Below, piece after piece: positions 51,686 to 64,000 of a DNA stretch of 64,000 bases. Below the pieces are notes generated by a model, which saw only the letters and a program-made list of their open reading frames with translations, had not been told where the DNA came from and searched no databases. Location: positions 62,001 to 126,000 of the forward strand of contig QPGO01000201.1 of assembly GCA_008632985.1 (NCBI GenBank). The letters run 5' to 3'. The stretch comes from Psammoneis japonica. Its lineage: Eukaryota. A program made the translations under genes and the position numbers. Position 1 is the stretch's first letter. The number at the start of each line of letters is the position of its first letter.

Positions 51686-53099
51686 CAGGGCAGATGCCCT
51701 GATCCAACATTTTGAGAGAAAGGTGCAATGAGACTTGCCCAACCATGGAGGGCAGCCTGCACCCACTTTTGCACAGTTGCAGCCGTTGGTCCAGTTGGTG
51801 GATGATTTGACCACGGAACAGCACCAGACATGTCTGGACAGTGCCGCCCATCAGCAGGCGGCTGACAGAGGCAAGACACCACACCAGTTCTTTGGAGAGC
51901 ACGGCGTGCTCAAGCTTGCGCGCCTTTGCCAAGTGTGGCAAGCCAACCAACTGCCTCCTGTGTGGGAAGGTTTAGCCGCAGTGCCAAAAGCAGGATGCCT
52001 CGCGGCGATCCAGAACATGTTCGATGAGCAGCGGCAGGCACAAGGCATTTGTTTCCCACTTGCGGTGTCCCCAGCACTTGCCACCAAGTTTGTGCAGCTC
52101 ACCTTCTCCGGCAGCAACCGAGACGATGTCATCCAGGGCATTGGCCCTTTCTTGTTCGGCCCATCTGTGCCCCAACAGGAAGAGCAGATTGCCCACCGCG
52201 TTGCACTCTGCAGACAGATTTGCAGTGGAGAAGGGGTCCCATCATTGGCCGACACGCTGGTCCTTGAAGCACCCGACGATGCAAAAGTTGCCACCACGGT
52301 CCAGGTGACCCAGCAATCTTTCGATGGTTTGAGGGTGGTCTCATCTGCGGCATTGGGAGCCGCGCACCCTGTCGCACGGCACCTCATGGAGGCACGCAGG
52401 GCGACAGACATGTGCACCAGCGACTCAGCAGTCCAAGCCCACCGGCACCCCACACTGCCCGCAGACCTCCAGCGACACATTCAAGTGGAACTGCTACACT
52501 GGTTCTGGCACCAGGAGGGGTTTGATCAACCTGTCCCATTTGCGGCCCGTCAGGTTGTAGCGGAAGCCACCAAGGGGTCCATGGCCTGGTGTCACGATTT
52601 GCCAGTGACCATCACAACACAGCCGGCTTCTGCTGGCACTGCCGTTGGCGCAGCACGCCCACTGACTACACCGGCACCAGCACCAGCATCCGCCATGCCG
52701 CTGGGGGACAACACGTCAGTGCGCAACGAGCACTGCGACAGCCGTTTCAATGAGATGCACACGTGTCCCAACATTCAATCCCATGATGTTAAGCAGCAAT
52801 GTGCGCGAGCTAATGTAGACCTCCCAACGGACTCCCGGGGAAACCCGCACTGCCTCCCCTTTCACATCAAAGGACAATGCAACACCAACTGTGGTTCCCG
52901 CTCAGATCACCGCGGGGGGCACACCCAGGAGGAGCAGGATGCACTGTGTGCCTGGGCGGACATGCATTAGAAGACTGAACAGGTCTTCGGCAATGGTCTG
53001 AGCACAGGGACTCCAGACTGACGGCCTCCTTGCGCCACTTGCAAGTGGCCACTTCGTGGACAGGCGATTGCCGCATCAGCTGCAGCTGACAATCAGGCA

Positions 53100-55080
53100 A
53101 GCTCATCGCACGTGACACCAAATTGCTTCGTCACAGAGGACTCAGCCAATTGTTGCGTCTTTGACACGGTCGAGGTGACCTGGGGCCCATGTGCATGCTC
53201 CACGGCCATCCCGCATGACGGATGCTCCAGGGATGCAAACGCCGCGGGGTGCCCATCACTGCAGCCGACGCTCCTTGGAGCACCGACAAGTTCCAGTGTC
53301 GAGAGGGGCCCACACAAGTCCGCTCACGAGCATTTCGAGTTCCTGCGCGAGGACATGGCTGATTGTGTGGAGCAAGGTCACTGGGTGGTCGCACCACACG
53401 ACGAGGTGAAAGATTTGCTGGGCTTGCGCATCAGTCCCATCGGTGTGTCCCACAACATGGGCGTCGCCCCCGACCCATTGTCAACTGCACCTTTTTTGGC
53501 ACAAACAATGCCACGCAACCCAACGCGCCCATCGAAGCAATGCAGTTCGGAAGAGCCTTTGACCGACTCTTGAGACGCATCTTGCTTGCCAATCCATGAC
53601 AAGGCCGGGTCCATCTGATGAAGATTGACCTGTCTGATGGCTTCTGCCACGTGACACTTGCACCAGAGCGCGCTCACGTCCCAGCCATGTCATTCCCCAG
53701 TTTGCCCGAGGAACCACCATTGGCAGCCATTCCCGCCAAGCTCCCTGTGGGGTGGAAAAATTCACCACCTGCCTTCTGTGCCGCTGCGGAAATGGGTGCT
53801 GACCTTGCCAACACTCTGCTCCTACAAAATTTTCAGGCTGTGCCACACTGCCTGGAGCACTTGGCGTGCAGCCGCCGTCCACCGCTGCGCCCGGCACCAC
53901 CGGCCACACCACCCCACATTGCGGTCCCAACACCAACCAACCCAGATCCGCACACACAACATCAGCGTCGCCGTCGCTTGCGCTGCGTGGAGATCTATGT
54001 CGATGACTGCATTGGAGCAGCTCAAGGCAACAAAGCCTGCCTCGCAACATTCATCACATGATCATGACCGCCATCGATGACGTCTTCCGCCCACTGGCCA
54101 AGGATGACCCACACCATCGCACCGAACCCATCTCCACAAAAAAGTTGAGAAAGGGCAATGCAGCATGGTCAACCCAAAAGGAAGTCTTGGGTTGGCTCAT
54201 CGATGCCCAGGCTGTGACCCTCCAACTCATGTGCCATCGACACACACACCTGCAACAGACTCTGCACCAGGACTTTCCCCGCCACAGAAAACGAGCCACC
54301 ACCACCGACCACCACAAGCTCCTTGGAGAACTCCGGTCCCTTTCCTTGGCCTTGACCGGCTCCCGTGGACTGTTCTCGGAACTCCAAGAAGCACTCTGCC
54401 ACACAACCCCAGATTCCCGGGTGCGCTTGACGGCCAACATCCATGCCATCCTGGATGATTTTGGGGACCTGCATTCCGACTTAGAGCTTTGCCCAGCTCG
54501 CATGCAGGAACTTGTCCCACTCCAGCCCACAGTGCACGGCTGTCATGATGCCGCGGACATGGTGCAGGTGGTGTTGTGCTGCCCACGCCAGCCACTGCAC
54601 CACACACCCAACGTCTGCGCTTCAGCCCACATGCCTTTCCCTTCCGATGTCACAGTGGATTTAGCCACCTGCGAGAACCCGCATGGCACCATCACCAACA
54701 CCGATCTGGAGCCAGCAGGGAGTTTTGTGCAAACTTGTGCCACCACGGAGTGTTTCGATGTCGTGAACACACACACCTCCAGCACACCGACAGTCTCGGC
54801 ACCATGTGCTGGCAATGCAAAGGCCCTTCCACGACCGTCAAGCCATGCTCCAAACTCCTCCGCGGCCAAGCATGCCACCAGCGTTTCCATCGTCACATTG
54901 CCTGCACGACCACCTGCCTGGCGACCTGAACGGCCCTGCTGATGACACGTCTTGTCTTCAATCATTGTCCAACATTGCCTTTTTGCACCATTTTAGCACC
55001 TGTTGTCCGCAGACCAAACCTTGGCGCTTGTGGACCCCGCCACGCGCACTGCATTCCTACGTGACCTCAGTGCTGCGCAG
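53100..55080 (+). pseudogene. Ngaro/DIRS reverse transcriptase-RNase H remnant
   Basis: RISPIG, MQFGRAF, MKIDLSDGFCHV, LPVGWKNSPPAFC, EIYVDDCIG, VLGWLID, GCHDAA, ITNTDLE across frameshifts. Confidence 0.8.
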
Positions 55081-56100
55081 CATGCCGTGTCCCACACCGT
55101 TGCCTCTTCAAGAGCCATGGCCGCCGACACCCACTGGAATCTGTGGGCTGCCTTTTGTCGAGAGTTGGCCCTCAACCCACTGCTCCAAAGCATCCCAGAC
55201 CCCGCACTCTACCTCCAAGTTTTCCTCCACCGTTTCCAGGTTGGCCGCATTGCACCCAGGGGAAATCCCGTCCATGGCCACACCGCTGAGGATGCCCTGC
55301 GGTCGGTTGGACAAAGGTTCACTGCAATGGGGGCCTTGGATCCATGGCTCACCCCACAAGGCGGCTTGAATTTCTGCCTTGCCCGCCAAATCCGATGTCA
55401 CAAGAAGGAGGATCCGCCCCCGGACCGCGTAAAAACCCACACCCGTCACAGTCCTCCTGTGGATTTTATCCGCTGCTGCGCCAGCCAGCACCCGGGCACT
55501 GGAGCCATTGCTGACATGACAGCTTTAGTTTGTTTCTTCCTCATGCACCCCGGTGAATGCACCACCCCTTTCCGACTCGCAGATTTGCATCTGTCGGCTG
55601 GTGGGGTGCACTTGGACCTTTTCAATTCACCCCTGGCCCAACTCACTGCTTCCACTTTTGCAACACTCACGTTCACCACCCAGAAAAATGGAGTTCATGG
55701 GGAAGTCATTGGATTGGGCCTTTCCGGCCATCCACAGCTTTGCCCAGTCAAAGCTGCCATCTGCCGGGTGACGCACCTGCGCGCCTCTGGTGCACACCCC
55801 AACACTCCCCTGTCGGTTTGCTCTTTAAATGGGCAGTGGTGTCGGGTTGCCCCCACCAACATCATGTCCATCCTCTGAGTTGCTGTCATGTCAATCGGCC
55901 ATCAATGCCTTGGCTTCACCCCCGATGATGTCTCCGCCCAATGCTTGCGTGCTGCCGGAGCCATGGGGCTGTTGTGTGCCCGAGTTGACACTGACATATG
56001 CGGCTCTTGGGCCGCTGGCACTCCGACGAAATGCTCCGATACCTCCACCTTCAAGTGGAGCCTGTCATGCAAGATTTCACCCGCCGCATGTTGGCCAGGG
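55003..56100 (+). pseudogene. Tyrosine recombinase remnant of the Ngaro/DIRS element
   Basis: FFLMHPGEC (from FF.LR.GEY), FTTQKN, LCPVKA, SAQCLRAAGA, LGRWHSDEMLRYLH. Confidence 0.82.
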
Positions 56101-57376
56101 GTGACTTCGCCCTCCATCCAAATGCTGAAGCACCTTTGGCTCCCGACCAACCTGTGTGAGCGCCACCAGCCCTCCAGCCAGACCCACCCACCCTCCCAAG
56201 TCCATGCCACCTCCGCTGCACTCTGCGCAGCTCCCTCTGGCATTGCGGTGCTGGAGGCCCTTGCCAACGCATTCCAGCCCTAGGTGGGAGCTCGCAGCAC
56301 TGACGTGTGACAACAACAATTTTTGTCATCCGTCGCATGTTTCGTGCACAGATTTCTGCGTGTGACATTTAAAAAACATTGTCCAGACTCGCTGTTTTGC
56401 AAAGCCCCAGACGTTTTATGTGACAAATTTATAGAAACAACAATGCGCCAGTTACATTCTTCAATGTCTGAAGAATGTAACTGGCCAAGTAAAAAATGAT
56501 GTGCTTCAATCATGTGCGAGTTTGTGCGTTCGCAAAATTGCCTCATTTTCTGTTGGCGATCATTGACATTTTAATTGCCGTGCAATTTCACTGTGGAGCT
56601 CGCACGTAGAAGTCCACGGGCCCAATGTCACACGGATTCCCACCCAAGTCTGGAACGCATCTGCCGTCCAGCTTTGGGTTTGGGAGATGCCTTTCCCAGG
56701 GCCAGCAAAGCCGTCTCCACTCCTGCTTCCATTCGTGGTCCTGCATTTGCAAGTTTGCCAGTTTGCTGTTTTTCTAAAATCTCGATGCATCGGACAAACG
56801 AGAAAAGCGGCGACAGCAGCTGTCCTCGAGCAATCCGGAAAGCGAGATTCCTCATTCCGTTGAAAGTTCTGGAAGAGGCTCGGGTTGCTGACTGCCCGCC
56901 ATCGGCAGTCATTCTCATTCTTTCAAGAACGACAACAGCAACAGTCGTTGGATGGTTTTTAACGCTCCCACCTCTCCCACCCTCTGGAGGCCCTTGCCGT
57001 CCAGCTTTGGGTTTGGGAGACGCCTTTCCCAGGGCCAGTAAAGCCATCTCCACTCCTGCTTCCATTCGTGGTCCTACATTTGCAAGTTTGCTAGTTTACT
57101 GTTTCTAAAATCTCGATGCATCGGATAAACCAAAACGAGAAAAGCGGCGTAACGCGCGCCGGCCGGCTGCAGAAAAACTTGTCCGAAGAAATTGCTGCAG
57201 GTTTGCTAACCACCTCTACTGTTGGGGGAAATGATGATGCTCACATCTCACATCTCACATCATATTAATATATACCGGTACAATAAAACCACACATCCCA
57301 TCGAAACCACAGAGCATTCAGTGGAAGTGCTGATGCCAGTGGTAGTGCTGATAGGCTTGTCTTTCTGTGTAATGTC

Positions 57377-58399
57377 ATGACAGACTTGCGGTGTCTTTCC
57401 AAGAAGTGTCTCGGTTGGAGAAGGAGGATTCTTCTTGCTTTCATCAGCCTTGTTGTGAGTTCCGCCTTTGAACGAAGACTTGCATTGCGGCCCATGAAAC
57501 CCATTCTTCATAACAAGAATATCAACAACAAAAAGCACTGCCAAGAAATCATGGCAGTGTGTACCGATGATCCACGAGCAGTCGAACGATGGCTGAATCG
57601 AAATCTCCGGGAAAATTATGTTGGATTTGATCTCGAGGTGAGTCCAGTTAGTCTTTTTAATAGCTTGTTTACAGAAAATCTAAAGTATGCATGCATTGTC
57701 TACTAGTCCGTCCCCGATCTCCCTTGGAAGTCATACAAGTACACTGGTCCCGCAACGATGCAGCTTGCTACGGTAGATTCTGCCATTGTCATTGTGATTG
57801 CCGATTCCTTCACTGGTCCGAATCGCAAGGTCTTGCCACTCTTGGGAGACTTGCTAGCGGATGAATCACTCTTGAAAACAGGTGTCGGAATTCATGGAGA
57901 CATGGTGGAACTCCATCAATGGCAGCCAGCCTATTTTGACTCGATTCATGGCAGATTTGATATGGGTGGTATCGGAGGTATCAATCCAGGACATCAACAA
58001 TCTTTGAAACGGCTTAGTGAAGATGTTTTGCATGTGGAATTGTTCAAATCCAGAAAGATTGCCCTAAGCAATTGGGCACGGAGTCGCTTGACGGATCAGC
58101 AATTGAATTATGCGGCGCGAGATGCCTGGGCAGCGGCGGCCATTGTTCATGAAATATTATCCAAGGGAATACGCTCCAGTGACGAAATAGCAGATTGGAT
58201 CCAAGAACATGAGATCCCCATTGATGAATTTATGAGAAGATCCATGGAACGCAAGGAATGCCGACTCCGTTACAAGCAAATCAAGCGTTTGGAAGAGTTT
58301 CAGCAAGAGGCTGAGGAATTGTTCCAAAAAATGAGTCAGCTTGCTCCACCACGGCCAATGGTGATTGAATATAAGAAAGACAAAGACGACAAGCAGTGA
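57377..58399 (+). CDS. WRN/EXD2-like DEDDy 3'-5' exonuclease; intron 57638-57706
   Basis: YVGFDLE|SVPD..PATMQLAT, LKTGVGIHGD, SLKRL, LSNW, QLNYAARDAW. gtgagt...ctag intron keeps the frame. Confidence 0.88.
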
Positions 58400-59062
58400 C
58401 GATATTCTGTGTCCGACAATAACTACTGTCTATTCCGCGAAATCATGGCTGAAGGAATGCCAATTCTTGGCTCGAGAAACGTCGAGCATGTACTTTGTGG
58501 GAAAGATTGCGTACTTCTGCTGAATTTCCCAGCTGCAATGATCACCTTCCGTTGACTCGTATAGTTCAGTTGGTTATTCCTAAGCCCCGATGGTCTACTA
58601 TTGGGAGGTGGATGTGACTGAAAAGTGAATGCGGACAACAATTGAGAATTGAGAGACATGAAGAAGCTGCAGTGAGACCGTGGGAGGACCAAACGAAGTT
58701 GTCTGGTCACAGACAAGGCGAAGCACTCCACGCATGTTGCAAATCTTCATTGAGGCGGACCCAAAGAGGCGGTTCGTGGCCAGGAGCTCTAAACAGTGAA
58801 AGTGAGCGTCAATGTGTATGTATATATTGAAGCCAGCTTTCCTTCATTTTTTGGACCTCGCTTATCATTATTTGTTGTTTTTATTACATGGTGGTCTGAA
58901 TATTTGAACCCTTCCTCTCTAGAAGTAGACAATAGACGAATCTGTGACGTCGGGGGATAAAGAAAAGTTAGACCCTAGATGTACAGTAAGCGGCAGAGCA
59001 CGCACTTTTCAACTACAACTGTTGTATTGTTCGCATAAAGAAGAAGTATGCATCAGTCGAAA

Positions 59063-59869
59063 CTAGTACTGCCCGGTCGGTTTCCTCATGGCCAATCTTC
59101 TCAATTCATCCACGCTGGGTATATTTCCGTCATCATCGGTTAGTCTTCCCGTCTGACGATAATCCGTGACGGCAATACCCATTTCCGAAACAGCCAGCAT
59201 GGCCCGGTCTCTATCTTGCCGCTCAATGGCTTTTCCAAAGACACCGCATTGTGTTTCATAAGCTTTGCAGTCGGCCATCATTTGCTTGGCGTACGAATTG
59301 CTCATGCCAAGGCCTTGTCCGTCCAAACTCGATACGTATAGTTTCATTGGCAAAATGGCATTGTCTGCCGTCTTGTAAAATTCCGATACCCCTTCCCAAT
59401 TGCCATCGTCAATCATGGGTGGAACAACTGTGATGGTGTTGCTCACTTTTTGAATCCGAGGGAGATAACGCTTTTTGGCTGTGGGATAGTAATACGCTGT
59501 TGATTGATTGGAAAAAAGATGGATACGGCATGAGTGACTCGAAACAAATCAAGACCTTTAGATTTTTTGAATGAGAAAAGAAATGGAAAACGTACATGCT
59601 CGCAGAGTCGGGTCGATTCCTTTATCTCCTTTTTGTCCCTTGGCAATCACAACGGTGGAGGACTGGTCCTTTTGTACAATTTTGTTGGGATCCGCACCAA
59701 ATTCATCCAACAAACCCGCCTGTGCTGCACTCGGAGCCGCCGCAGTAGCTGCCGCAGCAGTCGCCACGGATTGAAGGAGGCTTCGTCGGTCCATGGAGCC
59801 TGGGACCAACGCCACAGACGAGGCCACAAACATGGATGCCACAATCGTAGAAGTCAAAACAAGTTTCAT
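59063..59869 (-). CDS. Probable plastid thylakoid-lumen protein of unknown function; intron 59497-59595
   Basis: Signal peptide MKLVLTSTIVASMFVASSVA, twin-Arg DRRSLL, Ala-rich segment ending AQA. gtacgt...acag intron joins to SYYYPTAKKRYLPRIQK in frame with ORF 59063-59446. Confidence 0.75.
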
Positions 59870-60199
59870 GGCTTTGCGCTCTTCTTCTTTTAAGTTGAAA
59901 TGGAGATGAACAAAAGGATTTGTGACATCCAATGCTCGCAGATGTTCTGTCGACAACGCACCACGTCGATTGCATTGGCCGCTTGCGTTTTCTTCTGCTG
60001 TTATTGTTTTGTGAGAAAGGTGAGGGGTGACGTGGCTCCATCCGACCGCGCGAGATCGCGCATGCCACAGACGACGGCTCTGAATGGAGGAGTGGATGCA
60101 TGGACAGACCGTGTTGGAGGGAGTTTCTGAATTTTCGAAAATTGTTCGGAAGCCACCAGCCACTCAACATGACGTTGAAGGCTCACAAATAATATAATG

Positions 60200-63100
60200 G
60201 CTGACATGGATACAGTCACGACTCAACGTCATTCTGGTCGCATCTCACGACTGCAACCCAGACTCAGATTTTCTCTTCGAAACAATTGGCTCATCACAAA
60301 ATCGATTCAAACAGAAGCAACGACATTCGTCATAATTTCTAGACAACGACTTTCAACAAGCGTCTGTTTACCTCTGTCGCTGTTCACATTGCTGCCAACC
60401 TCCGAGGTCTTGCCCATCCCACTCAGCTGCAGGGCTGCATCTCGACTGGTTGCAGAGCCCAATTTGTGCGTTGACGAGAGCTCCTGACCGAGTCATCGTC
60501 ACGGACGCTTTCGGTTTTTGATTTTGAAGCAAACCCGGGAAATAGCTGAGTCTCTCTCGCTTCTCTCGTCTTCACTCTAACAAGAACCTCCCATGCTGCA
60601 CTCTCTGTCATGGCTGCCATCGATCCAGATGTTCTGGCGAAGGCGTTTGCCGATGCAATGGCCGCCAACGCCGCGGCGACCGCTCCTCCGGCTCCAACCA
60701 AGCCGTTACGTGGTGGAATTCACCCAACCCACGGGGTTTACATTGGTGGTTCCAAACTCAACAACAACTGCGAACAATCCAATGATAGAACCTGCCGGCT
60801 CGCCTCTCAGCGCCGTCATCCCAAGGCTCTCGACTCGATAGAACGATCTCTCCGCGATCAACAAGCTTCCGCAATGACTTCCAAGTTCAACGGTCGACTT
60901 GAGATTTCAGATGGTCCCATCAACGAGCTTGACAAGGACCATTTCGTCAAGACTGTTCGAGATCTGGTGGAAGCCCACGGTCAGCAGACGTTCTGCCATG
61001 TCAAGGACAGCGACGACAAGGTTCAATGTGTCTTCGACCATCTTCACGAGTTTACTGTGACCGATCTCGTGAACGAGTGCACGGTTGGGAAAGCAGCTGC
61101 CGATGATGCCAAGTACGACGAGATCAAGCTCGACGACATCGGGCTCTCTCAACTTCTCGTTCACTCAAGAATCACCAATGCCTTTCGCGAGAAAATCGAG
61201 ACCAAGTTCAACCATCTTTCGGACTGCCAAGACTGCCCTGGATCTGTTCCATTCATGATGGCTCTCGATGCTTGCAATGCTGGTGCTCTGACGGATGTTG
61301 AGACGGCTGAGAAGCAGCTAGAAGACCTCAGTTTGGTTGACTGTCCCAGCGAGGATTGCACGGACTTTGCTGCCGAAGCTCTTCGCATCGTGAAAATCAT
61401 GCAGACCGACTGCGCGCTTCCGGCGAACACAAGCTCCAAGCTGCTCCACAAGATCTCCTCTGCGTCCTCTGAGTGCTTCAATCGCCGAGTCTACAACAAG
61501 CTCAACGACGTCAAGGCCATGGAACGCAAGCACCGCCTCAAGAATCCTGCTGACATCGTGTCCGACAGCGATCACAGAACGCTCGGACCGGTCGGCATCA
61601 TTGCGTGGATTCAAGAGCAACACAACGAACTCGTGAAGGACAGGGAATGGCCTGCATTGGCAGCCAAGCTACCCGAGAGTAATCTTTCGACTACGGATGA
61701 CCCTGTGAAGACGAAGCACTGTCATGGTTGCGGTCTCGAGGGGCACACCAAGAAGACGTGTCCGAAGTGCAACGCCAAACCGCCGCGCGACGATCCTCCT
61801 CCCAATCCGCCGCCTGCAGACGACCCTTCCAGGAAGAAGAGGCGACCCATCGCTGCCTGGCGCACTAAATTTGACGGAGAAACGAAGAAGGATAAGAATG
61901 GCAAGGAATGGAAGTGGTGTGCCACGTGCAAGGCGAAGGGTGCCGACAAACCTGGAATCTGCCAGAAGCACTCTACCGCGGAACATGCCGACGACCGCAG
62001 GCAACCTCCCAAGGAGACCCCAGCAGGGAATTTGTCTTCCGTTGCTGATCCGGACAGTGGCGTGCCCATGGGTCCGCCCGCTCAGACTACCAAGGAACCA
62101 GAGGGAGACGAATCCGACCCCAACGAGTTGGTTTTCACGGGAATGTGGTGCGCGGCTACGGATCCCGTTGCCGACCCGGATTTCTGTTCCGCCCCTGTCA
62201 CTGCTGCAATTATTGTCACTCCGGCTTCCGAGAGGGAGAGCGACACAGTCGTTAGCACTGAGGTGGTTTGCATCGAAACGAGCCCACCTGTGCTCACCTC
62301 AGTCGTGGATCCAGTCGTGTCTCCCATCGTGGTTGAGACTGTCACTCCCGAAGACGCCGATGACTTCTGCGAATGCTCCGACGCTTTCTCTACCTTTGAA
62401 AACGAACCACCGGCTATTGAGTTGTTTCCGGCCTCGAAGCTGTGCTCTGTCGAGCATCCGGATGAGTTCTTTGACGCTCCCGCACATTTGACGGATGTGC
62501 TGTCAGACGACACCAAGTTAGATCTCATCCTTGAACACGACGTACACTTTGAAGACGCATGCTACGACTTGCCTCCGTGTGTTACGTATCGTGGCTTCGA
62601 TTTCTACGATCCAGAGGTCCTGGATGCGGATGATTGTCACGAGGACGTCGAAGACGAGCCCACTTCGCGTCGCTCACTCTTGGGTCGAGTCAAGCCATTC
62701 ATACTCTGGCTCGCCGCCATGTTTTGGGAAACGGCACTGCATCTTTGCTTTGCTCCGATCCCATGTATCCCTCGAGCTCTACGCCGCCAGCGCAAACTCC
62801 CAACTTTGCACGGGTTTCCAGCCTCCTGGATGGTCCTGTCCGTTGCAGTGATGGCATGGTCAGCAGTTTACGCCGGTCAACAGCCCGAGTGTCCATTCTC
62901 GAACGTGCCAAGTCGTTTTTCGACCGCCAGCTCTCAAGTCTACCACATTGTGGAAGAGCTAGATGACCGGATAGTGTCAGATACGGGGTCACTGTTCGAA
63001 TGTCACAGGATCAAAGGCACGCAAGTGCTCACCGAGTTTGTCGCGCGCCATCCGTCACACGCACTGAGCACTCGTCTCAAGGCCTGCTGGGAGAGCCAGA

Positions 63101-64000
63101 AGTAGCTGAACGGTCTGATGCGATAGACGAATCAGCCTTCTTTGACACCCATGAGGAACTGGAACCTCTCGACGACCAGAAGCATTTCTTTGACGCTCTT
63201 GAGGACTTCAGCCCGGATTTCTTCCGGTTTGACGAGCTCTGTCTGCCGCATCACATCGTGGACACTGCCCATTTTCAAGATCCTGTGGAACTGTTGGAGG
63301 AAGCAAGTGTTAGACCAGTCGTCTATGACACCTCCACCATCCAACTGCTCACCGGACAATCACAAGCCGACCTCCTTGCATCCGATCCGCAGGCACTCAT
63401 CGGTCTGTCGGACGAGGCTCTCACGGTCGTCATGGACACTGGTGCCACGTTAGCCATCACCCCCGATGAAGATGATTTTACGGGGCCTGTGACTGTTCCC
63501 AAGAAACCCTTGCAGATCAATGGGATTGCCAACGGTCTTGCCATCCAGGGTGCCGGTCCGGTTGCGTGGGTGTTCACAACGCCGAGTGGGGCTGCCATCC
63601 AACTGAACACCATGGCATGCTACGTCCCTGGAGCCCGTCAGCGCCTGCCATCGCCTCAACGCCTCTTCAACGAAGAGAAGGGGGTACGTGGGAAGTGTGA
63701 GGGCGATGAAACCACTTTCCGTTTACAAATTGACGGGATGGGCAAGTTGGTCGTGCCATGTCATCCATCAAGCCACTCACCCATTGCGTCGATGACCAAG
63801 GGCGCATCTGCCGCTCCTCAAGTGAACCTTCAGATCCTTATCGAGGAGAATCAAAACCTCACGGCAGGCCAAAAGCTTCTTCTCGAAATGCACGCCCGTT
63901 TTGGCCATTTGAACTTTGGTCGCGTCCAAGCACTTCTCCGCGCAGTTCCGTTCCTTTCGAACCGTTTCAAGTCCGCAGCGAAGTGTGACCACCCAAGATG
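60200..64000 (+). mobile_element. Ty1/Copia-like LTR retrotransposon, 5' part (gag, protease, start of integrase region); runs off the window
   Basis: 831-aa gag-like ORF 60610-63105 with CHGCGLEGHTKKTC and WKWCATC..H knuckles. Protease VVMDTGAT (~63430) is followed by HARFGHLNF (GAG-pre-integrase, ~63890), the Copia order. LTR limits not resolved. Confidence 0.82.

Larger units (their letters stand above)
45239..57149 (+). mobile_element. Ngaro/DIRS-type tyrosine-recombinase retrotransposon with split direct repeats (A1...B1-A2-B2), interrupted by a Gypsy insertion
   Basis: A1 ~45239-45392 matches A2 ~56813-56966; B1 56662-56812 matches B2 56995-57149. Gag-like ORF 45466-46413 plus ~51690-52970. 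RT KIDLSDGF, LPVGWKNSP, IYVDD (~53996); RNase H; YR motifs. Confidence 0.88.

Noticed and set aside
7341..56100. Alternative genetic code or recoding to explain the missing tyrosines
   Set aside because: Tyr is replaced by either Cys or His, Leu/Ile/Lys codons and non-coding repeats are also changed, frameshifts are frequent, and host genes use the standard code.
6420..57000. Dense overlapping Cys/His-rich ORFs in all six frames
   Set aside because: A by-product of TpA loss, which removes TAA/TAG stops and inflates TGY/CAY codons. They are not independent genes or metal-binding proteins.
6420..57149. Classical RIP or CpG deamination as the sole explanation
   Set aside because: C>T changes cannot turn TAY into TGY/CAY, and RIP raises TpA. 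CpG decay is present as an additional signal only (e.g. the probable CGA>TGA in the H3 gene).

Overview
Eukaryotic nuclear DNA, most likely from a diatom (short GT-AG introns, a signal-peptide plus twin-arginine lumenal protein, diatom-type transposon families; taxon is inference). Intact host genes (PanK 3' end, proteasome-alpha-like, SCOT, SFT2, a FAS1-SGNH-Patched fusion, a PLD-hydrolase fusion, an FkbM methyltransferase, a WRN-like exonuclease, a thylakoid-lumen protein) alternate with blocks of transposons. These are a 1.6 kb foldback, an ~18 kb Helitron-like element (Rep + Pif1 + GIY-YIG, carrying a histone H3 variant), a PIF/Harbinger element, an Ngaro/DIRS retroelement with a nested Gypsy, and a Copia. 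The main signal is that TpA dinucleotides are almost erased in the transposons, replaced by TpG or CpA, while host genes are untouched. Conserved Tyr codons become Cys/His, catalytic motifs and GTAAG splice donors are destroyed, and paired repeats differ at exactly these sites. Surviving TpAs are mostly in YTAR context, and an unmutated island has sharp borders. This looks like a transposon-targeted A:T>G:C hypermutation system, opposite in direction to fungal RIP. A base-modification miscalling artefact must be excluded first. Counts are manual and approximate.
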